Virus record (IMG/VR): IMGVR_UViG_3300009528_000003
Span: 1-52,110 of that record
From: a virus
Lineage: Duplodnaviria > Caudoviricetes
Strand: one strand, 5' to 3'
Length of the DNA stretch: 52,110 nucleotides
Positions 16,738 through 27,000 of this stretch are shown one piece after another. A program made the translations under genes and the position numbers. The first letter of the stretch is position 1, and each line of letters begins with the position of its first letter. The notes beneath the pieces were generated by a model. The model worked only from the letters and a program-made list of their open reading frames with translations, did no database searches and had not been told where the DNA came from.

Positions 16738-19268
16738 AGGTACTTGCCGTCATTACGCTCCTTGTGATACTCTTGTCCGTGGTTCTGCCTGCTCAAGAAA
16801 TTCAGGTTAAGAGGGTCATGGACTTTTCCGGCGGGCTGGTAAACTCGATCTCCAATGCCGCTATGCGGGACAATATGGCAGTGGTACTGGAAAACTATGA
16901 CATTGATCCTTTCGGGAACTTCAAACGCCGAGCGGCTTTGACACCTTACGCAATCAACACTGGCATTAAATATGTCTACGCCATAATACCACGAATAAGC
17001 TCAGATGGTAAGCGATTGTGGATACTGGCACGAAGAGATGCTGCCTCCAAAAGTGAACTGATTGGTTGCGACAATGCGGCACTTACCTGTGACAGTACAT
17101 GGGTTACGGGACTATATCAGCCTTCGACTGATTGGATTGTGCCCTACAACTACGATGTGGTTAATTATCAAGATCAACTCTTCGTGGCAAGCACCAATAG
17201 CGAAATGATGGTTTACCGAGATAGTATTTTCTATCCCGCTCGACCCCGTGCGCCCGGTCAGGCAAATGTGACAGTCAGGAACAGCGGAACCGGAAACCTC
17301 AAGGGTACTTTCAGGTACAAATACCTCTACGTTGACACCAGTGTCACATTTGCTGGTGGCGCATCCAACCTGTCCGCACCAACTTGGCCAGTGACTGTTA
17401 ATTATGGTAATGTCCGTATATGGGACATCTGGGATGGTGGTAAGGACTCGATAAGGATATATCGAGAAAAGAACTTTAGTGGCAACTATGAATATCTGGT
17501 TACCCTTGATTCGGGCGACGCTGATTATCTGGACGCAACAAACGCAACGAATCCGGCAGACACATTTACTTATAGATGGGGGCCGCGCTATCACTGTTCA
17601 GCTGGTAATAACGCCAATGATGCTTCTTGTCCGACTACCTGTGCTGGAGAGAGTAAAGTGCCGGCACCCGGAGCCATGAATGTAGCGACTGGGAGCGGTC
17701 ATGGTACGGGTCATGGAGCCCCCGATGCTTTAGCTTCAGGGTACAAGTGTTGGTTCATGGCATATTCGACTGTTTTTATTGATTCGGCTGGTCGGCATAG
17801 TTATATGTCCACTCCTGCGTCCGTAGTGGGTGGTTGCGATAAAGTGGACACTAACACCTCCGGTTTATTTTCAAACATTCCAGTTCCACATGATTCGGGT
17901 ATTGTTAAAAAGCTACTACTGCGGATGCACTGCGATGACCAGTATTACGGACATGAGGATCGTGACTCAGGCTGGGTAAATATCTACTTTATCGTAGATA
18001 CTCTTGATCCTGACGTTACTTCATATACGGATAGCGTAGGCTATTCTGAGCTTAGGGAGCGAGACCCGTACTTAAATGTTTGTGTTGGTCGGCAGGTAGT
18101 CTCTGTAGCGGATTCGTTTTGTGAAGCCGATTCCCTGAATATATGGATTTCCCATGACAGCATCGGTGACCTACCTGAACTTGCCTGTTACGATGACTCG
18201 CTTATCCCCTTCCAACCGATGAGCATAGCCTTGCATGGGCCACGTCTCTACGGGATAGGTGATGCCAGCAATCCCGACCATTTGTGGTATTCGCTGTTTC
18301 ATCGACTGACGACTTGGCCTTACGATCAATATGTAGTTGTTCCGTCTCATGGAAGCGATTGGTTTGTTGACCTTTTAGTTTTAGGCGACCGCCTGATTCT
18401 CTTCCGGCAGAACTCTATCGTGCAACTACAAGGTCACAATTTTTATCAGTATTCTTTTAATGAACTCATCAGTAATGTGGGATTGACTGCTCCCCGTAGT
18501 GTTGCAAGGCTTGGCAATACAGTCTATTTCTATCACTCAACAGGTGTTTATACTCTGTCTGCATTCGGTGGTGTGTGCTCGCAACCTTTGTCGTTCGCCA
18601 TTCAGAAAAGTCTCGATTCGTTCATGGTCAATCAACAGAGGGCGGTTGGTGCCGCAGTAGCTGGCGACTATTGGTTATCGGTTGATTATGCAACCGGATA
18701 TCAAACGACCTACATCTATTCTGAAACACCAACACCGCACTGGAAGGCATATGGGTTTGGCCTTCATGCGGTTGTGCAACATGACCCCGATACAACTTAC
18801 GGTAATTACAATCCAAACAAGTGGTTGATAGCACTGGTTAGAGGCTTTTGTGATGAAGGGGACAATACCGTTCTCTACCAGTGGAGGCTTGATGAGTTGG
18901 CTGGCTTTCAAAACAGGGACACGATTGATATTTGTTGCCTAACGGATTCTGTATATGTACCGATTATCGCTACGTATCAGTCCAAGCGGTTCTTTGAAGG
19001 CAGGGAAAGGGAAAGAGTTTATTGGATCGACATCGTTGGAGAGGGGACTGCCGACACTATTACGTTTACATTTCTGGATGAAGGTGTGGCCTTTGACACT
19101 GTGAAATATCTGCCGGACTTCACTGACGGAATACGTGACCGCATCATAGTTGACCACATTGTCAGTGACTTTGCGGTACGTTGGCAGGATAGCGGTTACG
19201 GGCAGTACACGATCAAGGGCTATGAAATAGGATGGATACCCTGGGATCGGGGGAGGCCGGTGCCATGA
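16734..19268 (+). CDS. Tail nozzle (tubular protein B-like) with N-terminal signal peptide
   Basis: DFSGGL...N...G.FKRR start, VGLTAPRSV motif and 844 aa size; MKVLAVITLLVILLSVVLPA leader. Confidence 0.75.
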   Translation: MKVLAVITLLVILLSVVLPAQEIQVKRVMDFSGGLVNSISNAAMRDNMAVVLENYDIDPFGNFKRRAALTPYAINTGIKYVYAIIPRISSDGKRLWILARRDAASKSELIGCDNAALTCDSTWVTGLYQPSTDWIVPYNYDVVNYQDQLFVASTNSEMMVYRDSIFYPARPRAPGQANVTVRNSGTGNLKGTFRYKYLYVDTSVTFAGGASNLSAPTWPVTVNYGNVRIWDIWDGGKDSIRIYREKNFSGNYEYLVTLDSGDADYLDATNATNPADTFTYRWGPRYHCSAGNNANDASCPTTCAGESKVPAPGAMNVATGSGHGTGHGAPDALASGYKCWFMAYSTVFIDSAGRHSYMSTPASVVGGCDKVDTNTSGLFSNIPVPHDSGIVKKLLLRMHCDDQYYGHEDRDSGWVNIYFIVDTLDPDVTSYTDSVGYSELRERDPYLNVCVGRQVVSVADSFCEADSLNIWISHDSIGDLPELACYDDSLIPFQPMSIALHGPRLYGIGDASNPDHLWYSLFHRLTTWPYDQYVVVPSHGSDWFVDLLVLGDRLILFRQNSIVQLQGHNFYQYSFNELISNVGLTAPRSVARLGNTVYFYHSTGVYTLSAFGGVCSQPLSFAIQKSLDSFMVNQQRAVGAAVAGDYWLSVDYATGYQTTYIYSETPTPHWKAYGFGLHAVVQHDPDTTYGNYNPNKWLIALVRGFCDEGDNTVLYQWRLDELAGFQNRDTIDICCLTDSVYVPIIATYQSKRFFEGRERERVYWIDIVGEGTADTITFTFLDEGVAFDTVKYLPDFTDGIRDRIIVDHIVSDFAVRWQDSGYGQYTIKGYEIGWIPWDRGRPVP

Positions 19269-19295
19269 GAAAGTTGCTTCTGATTAGAGTAGATT

Positions 19296-19997
19296 ATGTT
19301 CAGTAAATTAGTCCTTTTCATTCTTGTCGCTCTTTTGGCTGGGTCGGTTGTAGCTGACCAGTATCTTGAAGGCCCCTGGGGGAAAAAGAAACTCTCACCA
19401 GCACAATCTTTACTTATAGAAAGTGCGAGACGAAAGGTAAGAGAGGCGACTGAAAAATATGGCGTAGAATCTTCACAAGCACAGAAAGCTGACAAAGAAC
19501 TTCGTGATTTAGTATCATTGATAAGTGGTCAACCCGTTCACGATCAATCTGTTCCCGTAGAACCCAAACCAATCGATATTGAACCATATAAGCAAGCAGG
19601 GCAGGCCCCAGAAATTCCAACAACAATGCAGGAGCAAGAACTGAGGAGCTTGATTCAAGACGAGATTAGAAAACTTCAAGGGGAAATACTAACCACCTAC
19701 AGTCCTGATGGAGAACCCATTCATCAGTCTCAAGATGCTAAGGGTTGGCACCGGCAGTTCGGCGCAGCAACATTGGACAATGGAAGGGCTATCGTCAATT
19801 TGAATTCGTCGCCAGCAGAAGGGAAACAAGATGTCAGCTTCATGGCTGACTCGACATACAGGGGTGTTGCTTGGTCACTGGACACCACGAACACGAACAT
19901 CTACTGGATTATCCCTTTAAGCGGAACACAGATACTGGTTAAGTCAAGTGACAATGCGGATACAGCAACAGTGAGATTTCTCTTGGAGGGAATGTAG
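19296..19997 (+). CDS. Signal-peptide-bearing tail-associated protein
   Basis: MFSKLVLFILVALLAGSVVA leader; C-terminal beta domain. Confidence 0.6.
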   Translation: MFSKLVLFILVALLAGSVVADQYLEGPWGKKKLSPAQSLLIESARRKVREATEKYGVESSQAQKADKELRDLVSLISGQPVHDQSVPVEPKPIDIEPYKQAGQAPEIPTTMQEQELRSLIQDEIRKLQGEILTTYSPDGEPIHQSQDAKGWHRQFGAATLDNGRAIVNLNSSPAEGKQDVSFMADSTYRGVAWSLDTTNTNIYWIIPLSGTQILVKSSDNADTATVRFLLEGM

Positions 19998-20912
19998 ATG
20001 CCAGATACAGCATATCAGGATTGGATAGAAGCGAATAAGCCTGCGCCAACATTTGAATTGCCGCCGGGGTTCCTCGGTAAAATGGGTGGCGAACCGCTTT
20101 ATGAAATGGAGCAGCCACTCAATCTATTGCTCTGGCGGGAAGCCCTGCAAGGGATCGTAGATATTGACTGGAGTACAATGCCGAAGTTAATAGGACCAGG
20201 CCCCGGATACAGGGGCATAAAACATGACATTCGTGATATTAACAAGTGGAAGGCAGACATACTTACTGCTAATCCAATGCTCAAACAGTTGATGGACGAG
20301 TATGGTTGGTCATGGGAAGACCTTCGAGCTATGACGCAAGGCATGGGCGATGCCCAGAGTGGTTTTCTGCCTGAGTGGGAAGAATATGAGGAAGTGCTCA
20401 AGGGGACACTGTCGGCCAATCAGCAGGAACTTGCGGCTCAACTTGGGACACGGGGAATGTATGGGGCAGGTCAAGCACATCAGATTGACGCAAGAACAAT
20501 ATCGGCAGTTCGCATGAACTATCTACAGGCTTACCAGCGAGGCCGCTTTGCCCAAGAAGATATACGACAGGCTTCTATAGGCCGCCTGACTGGTGCTACC
20601 CTTGAGGCACAAAGAATACGGCGGGCGCAAGAAGCGGCCAATCTTGATAGACAACTCAGGGCGGTGCTCGGAGAAGGAGGACTGCAACTTGGATATGCGG
20701 GGCTGGAGCTTGGATATGCAGAGATGGCCCAGCAACAGAGGCAGTTCGGGGTCGAGATGGGTTTTCGGTCTTATGAGAATAAGATGCGGTGGGAGATGTG
20801 GAGGTATGAGTTTGAGCAGAGGCAACGGGAGGCCAACCAGAGATTCTGGTCAGACTTGTTTGAGGGCGCTACTAAATTTGGAACTTGGTATTTTACGAAG
20901 GGACTAACGTAA
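19998..20912 (+). CDS. Putative internal virion (ejection) protein
   Basis: Helical, Q/A/G-rich; position after the nozzle module. Confidence 0.55.
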   Translation: MPDTAYQDWIEANKPAPTFELPPGFLGKMGGEPLYEMEQPLNLLLWREALQGIVDIDWSTMPKLIGPGPGYRGIKHDIRDINKWKADILTANPMLKQLMDEYGWSWEDLRAMTQGMGDAQSGFLPEWEEYEEVLKGTLSANQQELAAQLGTRGMYGAGQAHQIDARTISAVRMNYLQAYQRGRFAQEDIRQASIGRLTGATLEAQRIRRAQEAANLDRQLRAVLGEGGLQLGYAGLELGYAEMAQQQRQFGVEMGFRSYENKMRWEMWRYEFEQRQREANQRFWSDLFEGATKFGTWYFTKGLT

Positions 20913-20916
20913 TAGT

Positions 20917-22050
20917 ATGCAATCACCATTTATACGAGGCGCAGTTTCTGGAATAAGTTCGGGTCTGGATGAGATGTGGCCTTACCTCATGCAGCGCAAG
21001 CAAGAGCGTGAGAAGGAGGAAGAGCGCCAGAGACGGCTGGATCAGGCCGTAGCTGCTGCACGGCGTTTTTATCCAGATGCTGACCCAGAAGAGATAAGAG
21101 CGGCCATACAACTTCACTTGGCTGGTATTCCGCAAGGTCTTAGAATAATCGATAGCCGAGTTGGGGCGGAAGAACGACAACAAGCCTTTGATGAGTTAAT
21201 TGAAGATGTACCGGACAAACTGAAGGGATATTTCCGCAATAGGTGGGAAATAACAGGCGGTGCTTCAGGTGGGGGCAAAGCTGATGTAGCATTTCAATAT
21301 CAGTTGCAGACAGAGGATGAAAAGCAGGAGTTAGTGAGGGACGCAGAGACACTGGAGTATCTGCTTGGCAAGAATGGTCTGGTTTGGAACCCAAAGCCAT
21401 CTTCTAAAATAACTAAAGAGGATGCACAACATCTCTCCCGCTACAGACAACGCTTTGGAGTAGATGCCTATAACAAGGTGCGAGATCAGATGGTCGGCGA
21501 GCAGGTTGATAAAGAGCAGGTGCTATTATCCAAGGTTGGCAATCTGGAGTGGGATCAGCTAACTACAAAGGATAAACTGGAGATCAAAAAGGAACTTGGC
21601 CTCTCCTATGCCGAGCAAAAGAAGTTTTTCCATGCTGCAAAAGAGGATAAGCTCTCATTCAGGGACATCATCTCTGTGAAGCAGAGCATTATGCAACAGT
21701 ATCAGTTCGATCAATCGTATGTGAATTGGAGAAGGGCTACGGGTGAAGCCAGAGAACACTCACGTTTTCAGTTTTTTAATGACAATTTCAATCCGGGTAC
21801 TGGTGAGCCTAAAATCGAGTTTGTTCGCTCTGAAATCAACGCAGCCCTGAACAAACCGGAAATGCCAGACAGAATCTACCAGATTTACGACTCGGTTCGC
21901 ATACACCGCGCTGGCAAAAGTCTTGAGCAGATCAGAAAGGATATTGTCAGAGCACGGCGGACGGGCACGGGGGCTTTCGGCTTGTCTGCCAAATACTTTG
22001 TCGGTCTCACAAACGATGAAATCGACATGATCTTGGAGCGTTTTGAGTAA
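20917..22050 (+). CDS. Putative internal virion (ejection) protein
   Basis: Gly-rich N-terminus and charged helical body; synteny. Confidence 0.55.
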   Translation: MQSPFIRGAVSGISSGLDEMWPYLMQRKQEREKEEERQRRLDQAVAAARRFYPDADPEEIRAAIQLHLAGIPQGLRIIDSRVGAEERQQAFDELIEDVPDKLKGYFRNRWEITGGASGGGKADVAFQYQLQTEDEKQELVRDAETLEYLLGKNGLVWNPKPSSKITKEDAQHLSRYRQRFGVDAYNKVRDQMVGEQVDKEQVLLSKVGNLEWDQLTTKDKLEIKKELGLSYAEQKKFFHAAKEDKLSFRDIISVKQSIMQQYQFDQSYVNWRRATGEAREHSRFQFFNDNFNPGTGEPKIEFVRSEINAALNKPEMPDRIYQIYDSVRIHRAGKSLEQIRKDIVRARRTGTGAFGLSAKYFVGLTNDEIDMILERFE

Positions 22051-25000
22051 TGCCACCGAGAGATAAAACAGGTCTGTTTATCGATCCGGCTGATTATGAG
22101 GTGCAGTCGGGGATGGCTCTACGGGATACGATGTTACCGAGTGTTCCCGGAGCCGAGCAGCCGGGCTGGTTCCCAAGTCGCAACATTATTAGACCTGAAG
22201 AGGGCGGGGCAACTTCGAGTTTAGCTCAGGGAGGTGGCGAAGACCTGTTTTCGGGGACACCCGGATTCCGGGAGCTTGTGGAAAAGGCGCAACAGAACCC
22301 CGATCAGCTTACGAATGAAGAGCGCAAGATCATTGAGAAGGCCATTGAGCTACAGATTATCCCCGACATATTTGCTCAGGCTCAAGAGGAGGCAAAGGAT
22401 AAGAAGATAGGTGCCCTTGACCAGTTCATTCAGGATCAGATGGAGGTCTTTGCGGCCAACGCACATAAGCCATATTTAGAGCAGTACGCTGCAAGTCTCG
22501 GTCACTTTATGGAAGGCATTGATGCTATGGCGTCCCGCTCGGCTGAGACGAAACTTGGAGCGAGTGAGCTGGTACAGGAGCACTACACTAAGCTCGGCAT
22601 AATGCCAATTCCCGAAGATGCGGAAAGTTGGGGAATCAACAAAGAGGGCGAAATCAAGCGTGGTAAAATGTCCGATGTCCAGAGAATGTCATTGAACTTT
22701 CTTTACGGTGCCGTCAGGCTGGCTCCAGAGCTAACGGCTGCTTTCATTGACAATCCCTACGAGCTTATGAAGGGCTTTGCGACTTTTGTCCCTGAGACGG
22801 TGGCATTGGTCGGGCGAGCGGCAAATATCAAGTTGACCGTGACCGGCCCTGAAATTGGTGTCTACACATCGGATCAAGTAGAGGATGCCATAGAGGAAAT
22901 AAAACAGAACCCACTTGGTGTTCTGCTGGCTGGGATGATGACAGTCGGTGTTGGTGCCCGAACCGCCAAGCATCTCGGTCGAGGCAAGCCAGATAAATAC
23001 ATCACGCAGAGGACTGAAGTTGTTGAGAAACAGCAGGCACGAATAGATCAGGCCGAGTCTGAGGCGGCAAAGGTCAAGACCGAGCTTGAAGCGATCAAGA
23101 AAGAAAAAGCGGTTCCAGCAGTGGAGAAGCCTGCACCTAAACCAACGGAGGTTGCCAAAGCCGCCAAAGAGCCGTGGGAGATGACGAGGAAGGCTTTTGC
23201 CGATAGTGACATAGCCAAAATAGAAGGATTTAGCCCACCAAGAGAAGGATGGGGCGGCACAATACAGGGTAGTGTCAGAATTAAATCAGGTCAAGAGGGT
23301 ATTGGTACTACACTTGAGGCTGCACGTTTAGATGCTGTTAATAAAGAACATTTAAGACAAATCAAAAAAGCTCTTTATAAAGATAAGTCTGTTTCCGCTG
23401 AAGTCCTGAAAGATTACCCCGATCTCGTCAAGAAAGCTGTGCCAAAACGAGTAGCGAAGCCTACTAAGGTTGCCAAGCCCACAGTTGCCAAAGAGCCGTG
23501 GGAGATGACGAGGGAGGAGTATTGGATTCGTAGAGAGTCTACAGATACTGCTGCAGCACGTGACAGAATAGGATTATCTGACCGAAAGGGTTTTGTGCGA
23601 GAATTGGAAAGTTTTCGACAAGCACGATACGGGGAGCATCGTTCATACATTGAACGTGCTCTTCGTGAAGGTAAATCTGTATCGGCTGAGGTACTAAAGC
23701 TATACCCTGACCTTGCTAAGAAGGTTCCAGCGAAGGTAGAAGCTATTGCGAAACTCGAAAAGGCTCCCCCTATCCCGAAAGAACTGGAACCAGCAAAGGG
23801 CAAAGCAATCGCCCCAGCCGATGTTGCCAACTATCTCAGTAAATCCTTGAAGATTCCTATCCGTGTGGGCAAATACCGCCAGAAGGCTCGTGGAATCTAC
23901 AAACAACAGCCAGAGGTTGTCCGTCTCAAAGACCCCAGTGACATTGCCGCTATCAGCCACGAAGTTGCCCACCATATTGATAAGGTCTTTGATCTTAGCA
24001 AGATCAGAAAAGGCGACCGGGAACTAACCAAACTCGACTACGATCCACTTAAAGGCCGGAGCAAGGAAGGCTTTGCCGAGTATGTGCGGATGTGGCTGAC
24101 CGAATCTGATAATGTGGCTCAACTGGCACCGAAGTTCACCAAGAAGTTTAATGAGTTTCTCGACAAGAATCCTGAACTCAAGGGTACACTTGAAAACACT
24201 CGTGGCCTGATACGCCGCTGGCGTGAGCAGGGAGCCGAAGAACGGGTCTACGCACAGATTGATATGCAGGGCAGGGGGACACCAGGGCCGATTATGGAGA
24301 AGGCGGGTCGTGGTCTTCGGCGAATTGGGACTCTCTTTGTGGATGATCTCATTCCCCTTGAATATGCTGAAAGACAAATGCGAGGAGTTAAAACTCTTGA
24401 TCCCCGGAAAATTGATCCAGCTACAAGTCCAACGATGATTGCCCGTGTAGAGGTTCGTAAGGCACCCGCCAAAACTCACGACATGATTCTGGGGGGCACA
24501 TTTGACTGGGCTGGCAAGTACACAGGGATAAGCCTAAGGGATGCTCTGGCTCCAGTATCTAAACAGATCAAGGAATTCACAACCTATGCCTATGCCCGCC
24601 GGGGATTAGAATTACATGGGCGTGGTATTAACCCTGGCATTGACTTGGCTGATGCTCAGTATGTGGTGTCTAAGCTCAAGTCTTCAAAGTTTGATCGTGC
24701 CTTTGATGAGGTTGTCCGTTTCCAAGATCGAGTGCTTCAATATGCGGTTGATGCTGGAGTCTTGTCTAAAGAAGCGGCAGCCACTGTCCGTGATTTGAAC
24801 CAAGCATACATCCCGCTCAAGCGTGTCTTTGAGGAGGGTTCGGGATTCGGTTATGGTGGCGGAAAGAAAATTGCCGATCTGCCAAAACCACTCAAACTTA
24901 TACGTGGTAGCGGTCGCCAGATTCTCAACCCTTGGCACTCTATTATTCAGAGCACTTCTGAAATTATAGCAATCGCCGACAAGGTTCGCATTGGAAACGC

Positions 25001-26690
25001 ACTTGTAGAACTGTCCAAGAAAACTGAAGGTGCTGGTAAGTGGGTTGAGAAGGTTGAGCCACCAAAAAGAGCTATCAGCCAAGCACTAAAGGATTTAGAA
25101 AAACAGCTTAAAGATGCCGGAGTTGATCTTTCTCAGGCCGATATGGACGCGGTTGTTACCTTGTACGCAAATTCGCCCAAGTATTTAGGCAAAGAGAACA
25201 TTGTCGCTTTTTGGCGTGAGGGCAAGCGTGAGTTCTACCAGCTTGAGCCTGATCTTTACCGAGCAATTATGAACAGCGATCGGATGGCGATGCCCTGGAT
25301 TGTTAATCAGATAATGGGTGCCCCCGCAAGAGCCGTTCGACTTGGAGCTACTGGTTTACAGGCTGGTTTCTCCTGGATCACTAATCCGATTCGTGATGCT
25401 CAAGCCTTTGCTCTACAGACTGAATTCTCGACTGGATTGCCTCACGAGGTTGCTAAGGGTCTTTATCGTCGAGTCAAACCGGGTGATCCTTATACGAGAA
25501 TTTGGAAACGTTCTGGTGGTGATTTCAGCATACACATAGGCTTTGACCGGCGATACTTGAAAAGCGCACAACAACGTGTGCTGGCAAGCGACATACTTAG
25601 GAAGACGTATAATGTGGCAAGGCATCCCATTGAGATTGCAAGGGAAGCCCTCAGTTTTTCAGAAGCAGCACCGAGAATTGCCGAACTTGAGGCTGCCTAT
25701 AAGAAAGGTGAGAAGCTCTATGGTAAAGAGTCAGTCTCGGCACGGCTGATGGGTGCTGGTGCTGCCGCTGAAGTGACTATCAACTTTGGTCGGATGGGTG
25801 CCTACGGTAAATACATCAACCAGATCATCCCCTTCTGGAATGCTGGTATTCAGGGTTGGTCGAAAATGTATCGTTTTGGTAAAGAGCATCCCGTTAAGGC
25901 TGGAATTAGGGCTACAGCTTTTATATCTGCCCCGACATTCGGTCTTTGGTGGATGCACAAGGACGAGCAGTGGTATCAAGACCTACCAGCTTGGAGGAAG
26001 TACGGCTTCTGGAATTTCCATATTGGGCAAAATAAAGATGGTTCCAACCGTATTCTGAGTCTTCCGAGACCCTTCGATTGGGGTATCGTTTTTGGCTCTG
26101 TACCAGAAATGATGCTGAACTACTGGTATGAAAAGGACAAGAAGGCAATGACAGACGCACTTACCGCCATTGGCGAATGGGCAGTTCCAGATTATATCCC
26201 TGCATCAATGAGGCCGATAATTGAATGGTCGGCCAATTACGATTTCTTCCGTGACAGAGCAACTGATCCCTACTACGAAGTTCGCTACAAAGACCCAGAA
26301 TACAGATACAGCGAATACACACCGGAGACGGCCAAGTGGCTTGGCAAGCAACTGGGTCTGTCTCCTCGGAAGATCAATCACTTGGTCAGTTCTGCAACGG
26401 GAGGGTTGGGAGAGGACATTATCCGAGGCAGTGAAACCTTCAAGCAGTTTTTTGAGGAAGGCATGATGGAAATCGAACATCCGGCTGACATTCCGATAGC
26501 TGGACGGTTGTTCCACAGGGAACCACCACCAGACAAAAAGATGGAATGGTTGTTCTTTCAGGCAAAGGACGAACGCCAGAAGATCATAACCATGATGAAG
26601 GAAGGCGATGTTGACAAGGCCATCAAAAGACTCAACGAATGGAACAGAACACATCCAGCGGCTCAGATTCAGATGACACCAAAGAGATAA
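22050..26690 (+). CDS. Large polyvalent/internal virion protein with zincin-like HExxH domain and LPD38-like C-terminus
   Basis: AISHEVAHHID...EGFAEY; C-terminal WYQDLPAWRKYGFW...LPRPFDWG..FGSVPE; 1546 aa. Confidence 0.75.
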   Translation: MPPRDKTGLFIDPADYEVQSGMALRDTMLPSVPGAEQPGWFPSRNIIRPEEGGATSSLAQGGGEDLFSGTPGFRELVEKAQQNPDQLTNEERKIIEKAIELQIIPDIFAQAQEEAKDKKIGALDQFIQDQMEVFAANAHKPYLEQYAASLGHFMEGIDAMASRSAETKLGASELVQEHYTKLGIMPIPEDAESWGINKEGEIKRGKMSDVQRMSLNFLYGAVRLAPELTAAFIDNPYELMKGFATFVPETVALVGRAANIKLTVTGPEIGVYTSDQVEDAIEEIKQNPLGVLLAGMMTVGVGARTAKHLGRGKPDKYITQRTEVVEKQQARIDQAESEAAKVKTELEAIKKEKAVPAVEKPAPKPTEVAKAAKEPWEMTRKAFADSDIAKIEGFSPPREGWGGTIQGSVRIKSGQEGIGTTLEAARLDAVNKEHLRQIKKALYKDKSVSAEVLKDYPDLVKKAVPKRVAKPTKVAKPTVAKEPWEMTREEYWIRRESTDTAAARDRIGLSDRKGFVRELESFRQARYGEHRSYIERALREGKSVSAEVLKLYPDLAKKVPAKVEAIAKLEKAPPIPKELEPAKGKAIAPADVANYLSKSLKIPIRVGKYRQKARGIYKQQPEVVRLKDPSDIAAISHEVAHHIDKVFDLSKIRKGDRELTKLDYDPLKGRSKEGFAEYVRMWLTESDNVAQLAPKFTKKFNEFLDKNPELKGTLENTRGLIRRWREQGAEERVYAQIDMQGRGTPGPIMEKAGRGLRRIGTLFVDDLIPLEYAERQMRGVKTLDPRKIDPATSPTMIARVEVRKAPAKTHDMILGGTFDWAGKYTGISLRDALAPVSKQIKEFTTYAYARRGLELHGRGINPGIDLADAQYVVSKLKSSKFDRAFDEVVRFQDRVLQYAVDAGVLSKEAAATVRDLNQAYIPLKRVFEEGSGFGYGGGKKIADLPKPLKLIRGSGRQILNPWHSIIQSTSEIIAIADKVRIGNALVELSKKTEGAGKWVEKVEPPKRAISQALKDLEKQLKDAGVDLSQADMDAVVTLYANSPKYLGKENIVAFWREGKREFYQLEPDLYRAIMNSDRMAMPWIVNQIMGAPARAVRLGATGLQAGFSWITNPIRDAQAFALQTEFSTGLPHEVAKGLYRRVKPGDPYTRIWKRSGGDFSIHIGFDRRYLKSAQQRVLASDILRKTYNVARHPIEIAREALSFSEAAPRIAELEAAYKKGEKLYGKESVSARLMGAGAAAEVTINFGRMGAYGKYINQIIPFWNAGIQGWSKMYRFGKEHPVKAGIRATAFISAPTFGLWWMHKDEQWYQDLPAWRKYGFWNFHIGQNKDGSNRILSLPRPFDWGIVFGSVPEMMLNYWYEKDKKAMTDALTAIGEWAVPDYIPASMRPIIEWSANYDFFRDRATDPYYEVRYKDPEYRYSEYTPETAKWLGKQLGLSPRKINHLVSSATGGLGEDIIRGSETFKQFFEEGMMEIEHPADIPIAGRLFHREPPPDKKMEWLFFQAKDERQKIITMMKEGDVDKAIKRLNEWNRTHPAAQIQMTPKR

Positions 26691-26701
26691 AGGAGATACT
26701 G

Positions 26702-26995
26702 ATGCTGAACAAGAACGGAATATGGAAAGTGGCTACAAGAACATTGGCTGGATGTCTTATCCTCTTTATCGCTTGGTACGGTAGTCAGGTTTGGGGTAAT
26801 CAACAAGAAATAGAGAAGGTGAATACTCAACAGGAAATAAGCATTAAGGTGCTTCAGGCTTACATTGTCTCGACTGACAAAGCGATATTGGATATACGGG
26901 ATTCTATGAGAGAAGAGGCGGTTAGGGATAAGAGGCGAGACAGTGTAATCCAGGACTTAGCCTTTAAGGTCAATATGATGTTCGATAGTAGGTGA
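26702..26995 (+). CDS. Membrane-anchored coiled-coil protein
   Basis: AAGGAG RBS at ATG 26702; single TM followed by heptads. Confidence 0.6.
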   Translation: MLNKNGIWKVATRTLAGCLILFIAWYGSQVWGNQQEIEKVNTQQEISIKVLQAYIVSTDKAILDIRDSMREEAVRDKRRDSVIQDLAFKVNMMFDSR

Positions 26996-27000
26996 GTTAG

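Noticed and set aside
16072-19997. Leaders as lipoprotein or Tat signals
   Set aside because: There is no lipobox Cys at the end of these hydrophobic cores and no twin-arginine motif. They fit SPase I-type leaders.
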